DNA from: Flavobacteriales bacterium
GTDB taxonomy: Bacteria > Bacteroidota > Bacteroidia > CAIKAF01
DNA: 64,000 nt
Assembly (NCBI GenBank): GCA_052437175.1
Contig: JBQVOK010000001.1
Location: 227,388 to 291,387, forward strand
Direction: 5' to 3'
Positions 1 through 9,910 of this stretch are shown in pieces (position 1 is the stretch's first letter; every line of letters begins with the position of its first letter). Below the pieces are notes generated by a model that saw nothing but the letters and a program-made list of their open reading frames with translations, was not told where the DNA came from and did not search any database. The position numbers and the translations under genes are program-made.

Positions 1-3
1 ATT

Positions 4-3000
4 ATGTCCCTGTCGCAGAACGGCGGCGAAAGTACCCACTTTGCCAAAGTGAACGTATCGCTGAGCGGCGGCGGACAAGCCTCGTTCATCGTGGAAAGCT
101 GCAATGCCTTTAAAAACTGCGATCCCTGTAACGAAGCGGATACCTGCCTGAAAATACTTACGGCATTCGATTTCGGTGATTACATCGAGAAATACGGTCC
201 GGGAAATGTACCTCATGGTAACTATATCATCAGCTTTACGGGCGAGTGTACCATGTTTCCGCCGCACAGCTTTGTACTGGACAGTTCCTACACCGATTTT
301 TACGACTTCCTGAATGCCTGGGCCGCCGAGCTGAATAGCCTGTACGGTGCCAGTTACGGTATTTATGCCTTTGTGCAGGGCGATTACCTGGTGATCGAAA
401 AAGACCGGGCCTTTATGCCGCCCAACTGCCGTTGTGAAACGTATCGTCCTTCATTGTCCTATAACCGTACCCGTATTCTTACCGGAAGCATGAACTGCTG
501 TTCGATGCTGGACACGCCGCCCGTGGTACAACACCGTATGGCGGCCGAGGCCGAGGACGGCTGGCAGGTAGTGGTAAAACCCTTCGATTATGAAATAGAC
601 TGTTACGAACCGGTAACGCCTTTCCCCACAGATACCATCGAAGATCCCTGTATCTCGTACCTGCTGGAGCTGGCTGCCGAAAATGCCTGGAACGATTACC
701 AGGCTTACCTGGACAGCGTACGCAATGCGTATCGACTGGCCTATACAGCCAAATGTATGCAGGCGCTGGAATCCTTTAAGGTACATTACAGCAGCGACGA
801 ATATCACTACACGCTGTACTACTACGACCTGGCCGGGAACCTGGTACGCACCGTACCGCCGCATGCGGTAACACTTATCGGCTACAGCGATATGGCCGCC
901 GTGAACAGCGCCCGCTCGGCAGGTACGGAGTTCAAGCCCGAACACAACGATATTGCCGCAGGTAATGATAAGTATGCCCTGACCACGCGCTACCGCTACA
1001 ACGTGCTTAACCAGACCGTGATCCAGACCAGTGCCGACGGAGGTCAGCAGCTGATGTTCTACGATAACCTGGGCCGCCTCATTGTAACCAAAACACCGCT
1101 GCACAGCAAGGCCGAATACTCCTATACCCGTTTCGATGCCCTGGGCCGGACGGTAGAGATCGGCGAAATGAAACGCAGCGACGCCCTGGTGGCCAGCCTG
1201 GCTTTCCTGCATAACCCTTCTAATGCCAGTACCTTCCTGGGCAGCGGTTACGTCAAAAGTGAATTTATACGCACGTATTACGACGCTGCACCTACGGGGG
1301 CGGGCTTTTACCCGGCTTCGTTCTTTAGCCAGGATAACCTGCGCAAACGTACAGCCTATATGACCTACCAGCCCGGTTCCGGTTATGCGGTGAACAATGC
1401 CAGCTTCGAGAATGCTACCTATTTCGATTACGACTACCACGGAAATATACGGCAGGTGCTGCAGGACAATAAAGGCATGCCCGACAGCGATCCTTCCGAT
1501 TTCCTCTATAATTTCCGCTTTCACCGCATCGAATACCGCTACGACCTCATCAGCGGCCGTACTACCGAAATGGTACTCAACCGCGGTCGCCAGGACCAGT
1601 TCTGGCAGCGCTACGACCACGATGAACAGAACCGTATGATACGCTCCTCGAGCAGTGCAGACAGTTATTGGTTCGATACCGATGCCGAATACGATTATTT
1701 CTACCACGGCGAACTGGCACGTGTCGAATATGGCCCCTACAAAAGCCAGGGTAACGACTACACCTTTACCCTGCATGGCTGGCTCAAGGGCATCAACAGC
1801 GAACAGCTCGATCCCAAGCGCGACCCCGGCCAGGATGGTTACAGCAGCTCGGCCAACCAGTTCACGGGCCGCGATGTATATGGTCTGGGACTCACCTATT
1901 ACCAGGACGATTATGTGTCCATCGCCGGCAGCGCAGATCACCTGCTGAGCGTGCCACCGGCCTATTACAACGGCTACGACCTGTACAACGGCAATGTACG
2001 TGCTGCGGATAATACGCTGAAGCTCTTCAACGGTAATTCCGAGGCCCTGCTGCAGGTATTTGCATACGATCAGCTGAGCCGCATTACGGAGAGCCATGCC
2101 TGGATACAGGAAGCACATTACCCGCATATCGACAACTGGGATCCGGGGGCTCCGCAGACCAATATGTTCGCTACTGCGTATAGGTATGACCTTGGCGGAA
2201 ACATGCAGCGCCTGAACCGTTTTGACAAAACGGCCACCCAGTTCGACGAACTGCGCTATACCTACCAGCCGGGTTCCAATATGCTTACTTCGGTGTCGGA
2301 CGCTGTGCCCGATCCGGTGGTGAACTACGACGTGGATAACCAGGACGGCGGCAACTATAAGTACGACCAGATGGGTAACCTGGTATACGATAAGGCCGAA
2401 GAGATCGCCTCTATTGCATGGAATGCCTTTGGCAAGGTGCTCTCGGTAAAACGTATCGCAGGCTCTGCCAGACCGGACCTGTATTTCGACTACAACTCCG
2501 CGGGCTACCGCATAGCCAAAACGGTGGTGATGCCGGGCGGAGAGACCTGGAAAGAGTTCTACATACTGGACGCCCTCGGCAATACCCTGGGCATATACCG
2601 CGGCGACGAACTGAGCGAAAGCGGCAGTCCGGCCAAACTGAAACTGGAAGAGAACGTAATGTACGGCACCCTGCGGCTGGGTACCTGGGAGCGTGACAAA
2701 AAGCTCAGCTTTACGGCCCAGGCTCCGCAGAACGGCTCGCTACTGCGTGGTACCAAACGCTACGAAATGAGCAACCAGCTTACCAATGTACAGGCTCTTG
2801 TTACCGACCGTAAAAAACTGGTATGCGAGGGCGAACAGCCGTCGTACTACGAGGCGGAGGTTACCAATCTCTACGACTATTATGCGTTTGGTATGCTCAT
2901 CAACGAACGGGTATACACGGCTTCGTACTGCGATACGCTTGTAGATTCGGTGAGGGTAACGGTATTCGATACTGATTTTAATTCAGAAATACCGGCCTGG

Positions 3001-4614
3001 AGCATCTTTGACACCGGACATACCTGGTACCACTACGGCGATAGTCTTACCCGCACAGCCGGCGGCCGCCTGAAACTCACCAAGTATTATTACGACTACA
3101 TGAATTCCGCTGCCTACGTGATCCTGGATGCAGGCCCGTCGATGCCCGAACTGGACGGAAATACCACGTATTACTACGAGTTCGACATAGATATGGGTAA
3201 CTGCGGCGGCCTCGACAGTATGTACTTCTGGGTAGATGATCTGAACGGTAACGACATGATCTACCAGCAGAATGTAATGAGCGGCGGACACTTCAGCGGC
3301 AGCTTTACCACCACCGTACAGGATGAATACCAGATATTCTTTATCCTGTATGGCGATACCTGCACGGCTTACCTCGACAATTTCCTCCTGTGGACCTATG
3401 CCGATTCCAGTAGTATTGTCTGCGGTGATTCCATCGGTGCCGGCTACTACAAATACCGCTACGGCTACAATGGCCAGGAGCGCGATGATGAAATGAAGGG
3501 CCCGGGCAACTCCCTCAACTACACCTTCCGTATGTACGATCCGCGGATAGCCCGTTTCTTTGCCGTAGACCCGCTTACCGACAAGTTTGCCGAACTGAGC
3601 CCGTACCAGTTTGCAGCCAACAGTCCCATTGTGAACGTAGAACTGGAAGGTCTGCAGGGTGATCCAAGCTTCTTCGGCGATCGTATTTACGGTCTGGGTA
3701 TCATTACCAACTTTAAGTTCAGTAAATTCCAGCTCACGGGCGGTATACGCCAGGATATAAGACCGCTGCAGGGTGTGGATATCGATCCGTACAAGAATAT
3801 GTTCGGTATTACACCGCGTATGGAGATCAAAGCCACGGCCGACTTCCTGCCGAGCTTCAATTTCCGGGTGAACTTTACGGCCACCGCCAATATGAATATC
3901 CCGAACGGGACCATCGGCGGAAACTTCTCCCTGACCATGGGCACCGATATGGACGCCCAGGCCAAACTGATGGGTACCAGCTCGGGCAAAGGTTCTACCG
4001 ATAAGGCCATTGCCAACCAGAAACTGATGATGGCCAAGAAGATCGTACCGGTTGAGTTTACGCCGCCTTCACCGGTGGCGCCGAAAGACGATCCGGTATG
4101 GCCCAAGATCAAAGCGGTAATGGGTGGTTACCCGCCGCTGGTAAAACCGATCACACCGCCTGCATCGGGTAAAACGCCGGTACTGTTCCTGAAAGGACTG
4201 CCGATGCCGCCTTCTGCGAACAACGGTGGTTTTGGCGGAATGACCCCGGGAGGTATGGGCTTCCCTACAGCGCCTTCGCTGAACTATACGTTACCGGGCT
4301 TCAACTTTCAGCCAACAACCCTGCCGGCTCTGGCGCCACGTACGCTCAACTTCCAGCTTACTACGCCCAACCTGCTTACCACGCCTTCTTTCGGAACGGG
4401 TTACCGGCCGCTGATGTTCAAATCGGGCTTTAGCACCACAACGGGTTCCGGCAGCAGCAGTAGCGGTACTACGGGTAATGCCGGTACTACGGCACCGGGC
4501 GTGGGTACAGGCACAGGAGCGGGTACCGGAACGGGCACCGGCACCGGCGGTAATTCAGGCGCACCTGCCCAGGGCGGACAGATTGGACCCTTACAACAGG
4601 ACGGAAGTTTTTAA
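4..4614 (+). CDS. RHS/YD-repeat protein (teneurin/Rhs-like), 5' end outside window. The Rhs core motif ends near nt 3657 and is followed by a roughly 320-aa low-complexity Pro/Gly/Thr-rich C-terminal extension
   Basis: ORF runs in from the window edge. There are many YD-repeat motifs (YYYDLAGNLVRTVPPH, RYRYNVLNQT, FYDNLGRL, YTRFDALGR). An Rhs repeat-associated core signature is present: YRYGYNGQERDDE...RMYDPRIARFFAVDPL...SPYQFAANSPIVNVELEGL. The C-terminal tail (GTGTGAGTGTGTGTGG, PPSPVAPKDDP) has no recognisable enzymatic toxin motif. Confidence 0.8.
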   Translation: MSLSQNGGESTHFAKVNVSLSGGGQASFIVESCNAFKNCDPCNEADTCLKILTAFDFGDYIEKYGPGNVPHGNYIISFTGECTMFPPHSFVLDSSYTDFYDFLNAWAAELNSLYGASYGIYAFVQGDYLVIEKDRAFMPPNCRCETYRPSLSYNRTRILTGSMNCCSMLDTPPVVQHRMAAEAEDGWQVVVKPFDYEIDCYEPVTPFPTDTIEDPCISYLLELAAENAWNDYQAYLDSVRNAYRLAYTAKCMQALESFKVHYSSDEYHYTLYYYDLAGNLVRTVPPHAVTLIGYSDMAAVNSARSAGTEFKPEHNDIAAGNDKYALTTRYRYNVLNQTVIQTSADGGQQLMFYDNLGRLIVTKTPLHSKAEYSYTRFDALGRTVEIGEMKRSDALVASLAFLHNPSNASTFLGSGYVKSEFIRTYYDAAPTGAGFYPASFFSQDNLRKRTAYMTYQPGSGYAVNNASFENATYFDYDYHGNIRQVLQDNKGMPDSDPSDFLYNFRFHRIEYRYDLISGRTTEMVLNRGRQDQFWQRYDHDEQNRMIRSSSSADSYWFDTDAEYDYFYHGELARVEYGPYKSQGNDYTFTLHGWLKGINSEQLDPKRDPGQDGYSSSANQFTGRDVYGLGLTYYQDDYVSIAGSADHLLSVPPAYYNGYDLYNGNVRAADNTLKLFNGNSEALLQVFAYDQLSRITESHAWIQEAHYPHIDNWDPGAPQTNMFATAYRYDLGGNMQRLNRFDKTATQFDELRYTYQPGSNMLTSVSDAVPDPVVNYDVDNQDGGNYKYDQMGNLVYDKAEEIASIAWNAFGKVLSVKRIAGSARPDLYFDYNSAGYRIAKTVVMPGGETWKEFYILDALGNTLGIYRGDELSESGSPAKLKLEENVMYGTLRLGTWERDKKLSFTAQAPQNGSLLRGTKRYEMSNQLTNVQALVTDRKKLVCEGEQPSYYEAEVTNLYDYYAFGMLINERVYTASYCDTLVDSVRVTVFDTDFNSEIPAWSIFDTGHTWYHYGDSLTRTAGGRLKLTKYYYDYMNSAAYVILDAGPSMPELDGNTTYYYEFDIDMGNCGGLDSMYFWVDDLNGNDMIYQQNVMSGGHFSGSFTTTVQDEYQIFFILYGDTCTAYLDNFLLWTYADSSSIVCGDSIGAGYYKYRYGYNGQERDDEMKGPGNSLNYTFRMYDPRIARFFAVDPLTDKFAELSPYQFAANSPIVNVELEGLQGDPSFFGDRIYGLGIITNFKFSKFQLTGGIRQDIRPLQGVDIDPYKNMFGITPRMEIKATADFLPSFNFRVNFTATANMNIPNGTIGGNFSLTMGTDMDAQAKLMGTSSGKGSTDKAIANQKLMMAKKIVPVEFTPPSPVAPKDDPVWPKIKAVMGGYPPLVKPITPPASGKTPVLFLKGLPMPPSANNGGFGGMTPGGMGFPTAPSLNYTLPGFNFQPTTLPALAPRTLNFQLTTPNLLTTPSFGTGYRPLMFKSGFSTTTGSGSSSSGTTGNAGTTAPGVGTGTGAGTGTGTGTGGNSGAPAQGGQIGPLQQDGSF

Positions 4615-4642
4615 TAACTTTACCAGGGGATAAGAAAATGAA

Positions 4643-6325
4643 ATGCTCAGGATACTACTGCTAAGTATAGGAATTTTAACCGCTTCACTGCTGCGGGCCC
4701 AGACCCCGCAGCAGGCCGAAGCGGAAAAACTGCTCACAGAGGCCGAGGCCTATTTCCTGGAAGCGAACGACCTGGATGCGGCCTCCGTACGCCTGCAACG
4801 CGTAATGGAACTGGATGCCACCCGTTTTAAAGCACCGCTGTACCTGGGCTGGATAAAACTGCTCCGCGAAGACTATGCGGCGGCTATGCCCCTTTTGGAT
4901 AAAGCCCTTGCCCTGGATACCCAAAAGGAACAGGAATACCTGGTCCGCTTTCTGAAGGGAACCATATTTTTTAACCAGAAACAGTACCCTGAAGCCATAG
5001 ACGAGCTTACGCGTTCGCTGGCTCTGCAGCCCGATAATTCCGAGGCCTACCATACCCGCGCCATGAGCTATATGCAGCAGGGACAGTACCTTAAAGCACT
5101 GCCCGACCTGAATACGGCCATAGCAGCAGACCCGGCTTCGGCAGCCCTGTACTTCGACCGCGGTCTTAGCTACCATGCCATGAGCATGTACGGCGAGGCC
5201 CTGAGCGACTTTGAAAAATGCCTGCAGACCGATCCGGCCTTTGTACGCTGCTACTACTACATGGGCAGCTGTTACATGGCTATGGAGCAGTACGAACGTG
5301 CGGCCTCCAATTTTGAGCTCAGTCTGCGCAAGGCAGATCATTCCGAAGAGTATACCTATGCATTGCTCCGTTCCGGAATTGCGTATATACATCTCAAAAA
5401 TTACGGAGAGGCCACCCGCAGGCTGAACCAGGTGATCGAACGCGCTCCCGGTCAGCCCGCACCGTATTCGTACCTGGGCTTTATATCCGTGGCGCAGGGG
5501 AAAGAAGACGAGGCACGCAGCTGGTTTCAGAAAGCCCTGGACAAAGATCCTGCTTACGACGAGGCTTTGTACCACCTGGGCCTGCTTAACTATGAAAAAG
5601 ACCCGCTGAAAGGGCTGGCCCAGCTGGAAGCGGCTGGCAGATCGGCCGCGGCTGGCGGACATACCGACCTTTTATCGCGCCTGGCCAACAGTTACATCGA
5701 ACTGAAAGATACCCTGAAGGCCCTGGAAACGCTGGACCTGCTGCTGGAGAAAGCTCCGGCGGACGTATATGCCCTCAAACGGCGTATAGAGATCAGCACC
5801 TATTACAGACCACGTTACGATGTACAGATACTCGATGATTTTAACACCCTCATCGAAATACATCAGAAACCTGCTGCACAGGCATATTACATGGTAGGCA
5901 AAGCCCTGTACCTGGCTGACAGCGGATACCTGAAAGACGCGGAAGAACTCGTAGGCGAGGCCATAGAGACCGACCCGTCCAATCCCGAATTCCTTGCCAT
6001 ACGTGCGCAGTTAAAACTCTTTATATTGCAGGAAAAACTACGTAAGGACAACCGCAGCAGTGCAACGGCAGAAGAACAGCAGCTGGTACTGGCCGATATA
6101 GATCTTCTGCTGCGTTATGCACACCGGCAGGCGGATGCCTACCTGCTTAAAACTACGGTGCTGATGGTATTCGGCCGTCATAAAGAAGCCTGCGAAGCCG
6201 CCGGGGAAGCTGTAAAACAGGGCGGACAGATCGAAAAGCCGGTATTGCAGTATATCTGCAAGGGTAAAGAACCGGCCGATAAAAGCATGAGATGGTCTTT
6301 CTTCTACGAATTATCGAAACCCTGA
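4643..6325 (+). CDS. Secreted tetratricopeptide-repeat (TPR) protein
   Basis: N-terminal signal peptide MLRILLLSIGILTASLLRAQ. There are many 34-aa TPR-like units (AxxYxxxGxxxxxxGxYxxA patterns) and a coding-like codon bias. Confidence 0.7.
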   Translation: MLRILLLSIGILTASLLRAQTPQQAEAEKLLTEAEAYFLEANDLDAASVRLQRVMELDATRFKAPLYLGWIKLLREDYAAAMPLLDKALALDTQKEQEYLVRFLKGTIFFNQKQYPEAIDELTRSLALQPDNSEAYHTRAMSYMQQGQYLKALPDLNTAIAADPASAALYFDRGLSYHAMSMYGEALSDFEKCLQTDPAFVRCYYYMGSCYMAMEQYERAASNFELSLRKADHSEEYTYALLRSGIAYIHLKNYGEATRRLNQVIERAPGQPAPYSYLGFISVAQGKEDEARSWFQKALDKDPAYDEALYHLGLLNYEKDPLKGLAQLEAAGRSAAAGGHTDLLSRLANSYIELKDTLKALETLDLLLEKAPADVYALKRRIEISTYYRPRYDVQILDDFNTLIEIHQKPAAQAYYMVGKALYLADSGYLKDAEELVGEAIETDPSNPEFLAIRAQLKLFILQEKLRKDNRSSATAEEQQLVLADIDLLLRYAHRQADAYLLKTTVLMVFGRHKEACEAAGEAVKQGGQIEKPVLQYICKGKEPADKSMRWSFFYELSKP

Positions 6326-6355
6326 ACGCATTCCCTTTTTTCGTATATTGAATGC

Positions 6356-7084
6356 ATGAATGCCAATGATCCACTTCTTGCAGACATCCGGCAGAAACTG
6401 GCTGACATGCTCAACGGGCGCCACTGTACCAGCGGCCATTTCCGGATGGAACGCCCCTCGTCGAATATGCTGCTGACCATGCACGGCGAACGACCCGATC
6501 TGCCCAAACCCGTATTCTTCTGGGAATGGCCCAACCCGGTAAAACGAAGTATATCCGTTTTCCTGGATGCCAACCCGGATCTTGCCGTGCTGGAAATGAA
6601 GCTGGACCTAGTACGGAATGCGATGGAGGTATATACGCAAAACCGTGCGGAATACAACGAGCAGAAAGAAAAGGAAGCACAGCAGCGGCAGGCTGAACTA
6701 CAACAGGCGCAACTGGAAAAACGCCGGCAACTGGCTACACTTACGCAGCCCTATGGACCCGAACTGGCCCTGCGCGTAACGGAACAGCTGCTCAAAGGCT
6801 ATTTCCTGGGTTACGGGCACCGGGATTACTGCGGCACCGGGCTGGAACGGAATGAAAAGGGACAGATCGTGTACGGAGAGATCTACGACGGCGGCATGAT
6901 CCTGCCCCTGCAGGTCTTTGAAACGTCCGGGGCCTTTGCCGAATGGCTGGCTGTACAATCCGATGCGTCCATGGCCCGGCTCGATTCCACAGAACCTTTT
7001 TACTGGGGCAACCAGACCATTACCGAACAGCGCCTGCGGGAGTTTGCGCCTTTTACCCCGGGCAGTTTCCAGGGCGGAAGATAA
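6356..7084 (+). CDS. Hypothetical protein
   Basis: 242-aa ORF filling the gap between flanking genes. No recognisable motifs. Confidence 0.45.
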   Translation: MNANDPLLADIRQKLADMLNGRHCTSGHFRMERPSSNMLLTMHGERPDLPKPVFFWEWPNPVKRSISVFLDANPDLAVLEMKLDLVRNAMEVYTQNRAEYNEQKEKEAQQRQAELQQAQLEKRRQLATLTQPYGPELALRVTEQLLKGYFLGYGHRDYCGTGLERNEKGQIVYGEIYDGGMILPLQVFETSGAFAEWLAVQSDASMARLDSTEPFYWGNQTITEQRLREFAPFTPGSFQGGR

Positions 7085-7086
7085 AT

Positions 7087-7779
7087 TCAGGAAAGTACAT
7101 GCAATCCTTCTTCCATTTCGCCCCGGCGGAAGCGGTTCACCATTTCGTGCGCCAGGCGTGTGGGTTCGGGTATGCGGTATTTGCCGGTGCAGAGGCGAAT
7201 GATGTCCAGGCTGTTCTGCATGCCCAGTCCGTGCCCCGGTGACACAAATACCGGCAGTGTGTTGTTTTTGCTGCGGTAGGCCCAGGCAATGGTTTCGGGG
7301 CCGTCCATCACGGGGCTGTAGTCGCCACGCATGGGCCCGGGCTCCCTGAATTTACCAAAGAGTATTTTCTTGGCGCAACCCATAGAAGGTTGCCCCGTAA
7401 GCGTACCGAAATGCGCCGCAATACCCATACGCCGCGGATGGGCTATACCATGCCCGTCTACCACCAGCAGATCGGGTTTCACAGGCATACGTTCCCAGGC
7501 TGTTTGCAGGGCGGGCACTTCACGAAAGGCCAGGTAACCGGGCACATAGGGAAAATGTGTTTCCGCCTTTACCAGGGAGCAGGCCAGGGGTTGCAGGGTA
7601 GGGAAGGAGAGCAGTATGATGCCCGCGTAAATGGTGGTACTGTACAGGTTCAGCGAGATATCGGCCCCGGCAATGGTCTGCAGGTGCAGGTCGCGCTCGG
7701 CTACGTCCAGCTTGCTGCGCAGTTCGTTCTGTATACGTGTGGCTTCAGGGATCCGGATATCGTCGTACAGTTGCGGCAT
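7087..7779 (-). CDS. nfi: Endonuclease V (deoxyinosine 3' endonuclease)
   Basis: Motifs AGADIS, YVPGYLAFREVP and VDGHGIAHPRRMGIAAHFG are characteristic of EndoV. Confidence 0.85.
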   Translation of the reverse strand: MPQLYDDIRIPEATRIQNELRSKLDVAERDLHLQTIAGADISLNLYSTTIYAGIILLSFPTLQPLACSLVKAETHFPYVPGYLAFREVPALQTAWERMPVKPDLLVVDGHGIAHPRRMGIAAHFGTLTGQPSMGCAKKILFGKFREPGPMRGDYSPVMDGPETIAWAYRSKNNTLPVFVSPGHGLGMQNSLDIIRLCTGKYRIPEPTRLAHEMVNRFRRGEMEEGLHVLS

Positions 7780-7841
7780 GTGTATACGTTTTAAGTCGGT
7801 ACAATACTTAAAGATACAAAAAATAAGGGAGATTTGCGTAC

Positions 7842-8318
7842 CTACAAACCCGAAAGATAGGCCTGCAGGCGTTGCAGGTTCTGCTTTTGGCCTTCTTCGG
7901 CCTTGTGGGCTTTCACGATGATATCGCGCTGTTCGGGCGTGTCAAATACCATGGTCCATTCCAGTAGCGTGTATTCCCCGTCCGGCTCAAACAGCACCGT
8001 GGTCATAAAATGCGGGTTGAAGTGCTCGAATACGATTTTATGCAGCGGAACGATCTCTTTAAAAACACTGCGGTTGGGATAATTGGTGCCGTCGGGGCCG
8101 TGTAGGGTAAGGCGCCATTCCCCGCCTTCGCGCAGGTCCATTTCGTGTATAGTGCTTGTAAAGCCGTCGGGGCCCCACCAGTGGGTAATGTGTTCGGGCT
8201 GGGTCCATGCGGCCCATAATTGCTCTACCGGGGTTTTAAAGCGATGTTGGATGCGTATTTCGCGGTCTGCGGTGTTTTCCATGTTACTCTGAAAATTTTG
8301 AATCGTTAATCTATCCAA
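7842..8318 (-). CDS. SRPBCC-family protein, Aha1/AHSA1-like (activator of Hsp90 ATPase homolog domain)
   Basis: 158 aa with the typical AHSA1-domain pattern (W..W..PE.I..WWGP.GF......D.R.GG.W...). The true start may be an internal Met. Confidence 0.55.
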   Translation of the reverse strand: MDRLTIQNFQSNMENTADREIRIQHRFKTPVEQLWAAWTQPEHITHWWGPDGFTSTIHEMDLREGGEWRLTLHGPDGTNYPNRSVFKEIVPLHKIVFEHFNPHFMTTVLFEPDGEYTLLEWTMVFDTPEQRDIIVKAHKAEEGQKQNLQRLQAYLSGL

Positions 8319-8815
8319 TGCTCGGGTTTTGGATATTTTCCGGTTCTATTCGGGTCGAAACGGCAACGCATGTTAGTATTCCCCTCCTGTTTAGCATACG
8401 TGGCAATCAGGTTATCGTTAAACGTTTTTGAGTTCAGGAAGGCTTTATCCGGTTGTACCTGTTCTTTTTCCAGGTCTACAAGATGAATGCGAAAGTCCGT
8501 GACCGTATCAGGAGCAAATTCGTTGTATATAAATTCACCCCAGGTATAGCTGCAGGCATACGATTTGGGATTCCAGCCTCTGCCGGAGATCAGCAGGTCT
8601 AAACGTTCCCCGTTGTGGATCTCCCCGATTATATCGAACGTACAGGCACAGGTGTCATCGCTGTCTTTGTCCGGAGGTACGGAGCTTACCGATGCTTCGG
8701 GGTTATGGTGCGTCCGGGCACTGACAGGTACCCCGGAACTATTCGTTTGGGTACAGGCCGAAACCAGGAAAAGACCTGGCAACAGCAGGAATATTTTAGC
8801 GAGCGGTTTATGCAT
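8306..8815 (-). CDS. Hypothetical lipoprotein
   Basis: Signal peptide plus lipobox (LFLVSAC), 169 aa. Overlaps the upstream gene by 13 bp. Confidence 0.5.
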   Translation of the reverse strand: MHKPLAKIFLLLPGLFLVSACTQTNSSGVPVSARTHHNPEASVSSVPPDKDSDDTCACTFDIIGEIHNGERLDLLISGRGWNPKSYACSYTWGEFIYNEFAPDTVTDFRIHLVDLEKEQVQPDKAFLNSKTFNDNLIATYAKQEGNTNMRCRFDPNRTGKYPKPEHWID

Positions 8816-8862
8816 AAGCAGTTTATGGCCTGGGTTTACAGACAGGCTAAAATAGCAATAAC

Positions 8863-9501
8863 TTATTTACAGTTGCACACCCGCCAGGTTTTGGCGGTGA
8901 TCCCGAACAGGGCCACATTCAGCAGATCGGCTTCGCTGGCATATACTCCATCGGCCTGTTGACTGGTAATTTCCTGCGGAATTAAGTTCTCTTTTATGGC
9001 ATCGGTATGTATCTGGTAATTTACTTTGGCCAGGGTGCGCCGCAGGTTCCAGTCCATTTTATTGTGGCGGCTTTCCTCGTTTTTAAGGCGTTGAAATTCT
9101 TTGATGAGGTAGAACTTAAATGGCGCACTCAACCAGCTGGCAAATTCAAACGCAATATCTTTATGGGCAAAGGTGCCACCGTTTTTTCCTTGTTTGGATA
9201 CAATGCCTTTGGCGTTTGTAGCTTCAGCCCATTTGGAGGGGGACAGCGTAAAGGTATTGCTGCCTGCCTCGTATAAAAAGGAGTCGAAATAGACCCCTTT
9301 AAAACCGGGATTGTTCAGTTGCTCCCAAAGGCCTAAAAACTCAATGCTTGTGCGGGGACGCATCCAGTTTTTAACTACATCTTTAGGTTCATTGGGATTT
9401 TTATACCGCGCAATATCGGTCAGTGAAATGTAGTCCTGCTCATTATCCTCGTAAAGACTAATATCGATGTGCTGAACGGTTATTTTCTTACTTTTTGCCA
9501 T
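8863..9501 (-). CDS. KilA-N domain protein
   Basis: The N-terminus (ITVQHIDISLYEDNEQDYISLTDIARYKN...NWMRPRTSIEFLGLWEQLNNP...GGTFAHKDIAFEFASWLSAPFKFYLIKEF) matches the Bacteroidetes KilA-N family, which is associated with phages and mobile elements. Confidence 0.75.
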   Translation of the reverse strand: MAKSKKITVQHIDISLYEDNEQDYISLTDIARYKNPNEPKDVVKNWMRPRTSIEFLGLWEQLNNPGFKGVYFDSFLYEAGSNTFTLSPSKWAEATNAKGIVSKQGKNGGTFAHKDIAFEFASWLSAPFKFYLIKEFQRLKNEESRHNKMDWNLRRTLAKVNYQIHTDAIKENLIPQEITSQQADGVYASEADLLNVALFGITAKTWRVCNCK

Positions 9502-9910
9502 ATTTCATATTGGTAAATTTTATATAGCCCAAAGCAGAACGGCCGCTGCGAAAACGACGTTTGATAAGGGCTGCGTATCCGGGTTTGTATAGGATGACTA
9601 AGATAGCCTGAATGCCCTAAAGAAAGTAGCTGCTTTTTCTGTAAAATGTTTAGCCTGAATATGTCCTGTGTAAAAGCCCGGATGTTTGTCTTGCCGGAGA
9701 ATGTGTAAAGATGTAGTTCCCTGTGTTTTTATATAAGGAGTCGAAATCGACCCCTTTAGCACAGGCATGATTCCGGTGGTGTATTCACATTTCTACACCT
9801 ACCGAATTCGAGAAGTTTAAAAAGGGGAAGGGCTGCCGCTTTGTGCCGTACGTAGGTTAATTCCATCGAATCCGATGGGTTTACAGGCGGGCGGGCCGGG
9901 GATGGTGCAG

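Noticed and set aside
451-2127. 558-aa minus-strand ORF inside the RHS gene
   Set aside because: It is antisense to a gene with strong YD-repeat protein signatures. Its composition (Val/Ala/Gly-rich, no motifs) is typical of shadow ORFs in GC-rich coding DNA.
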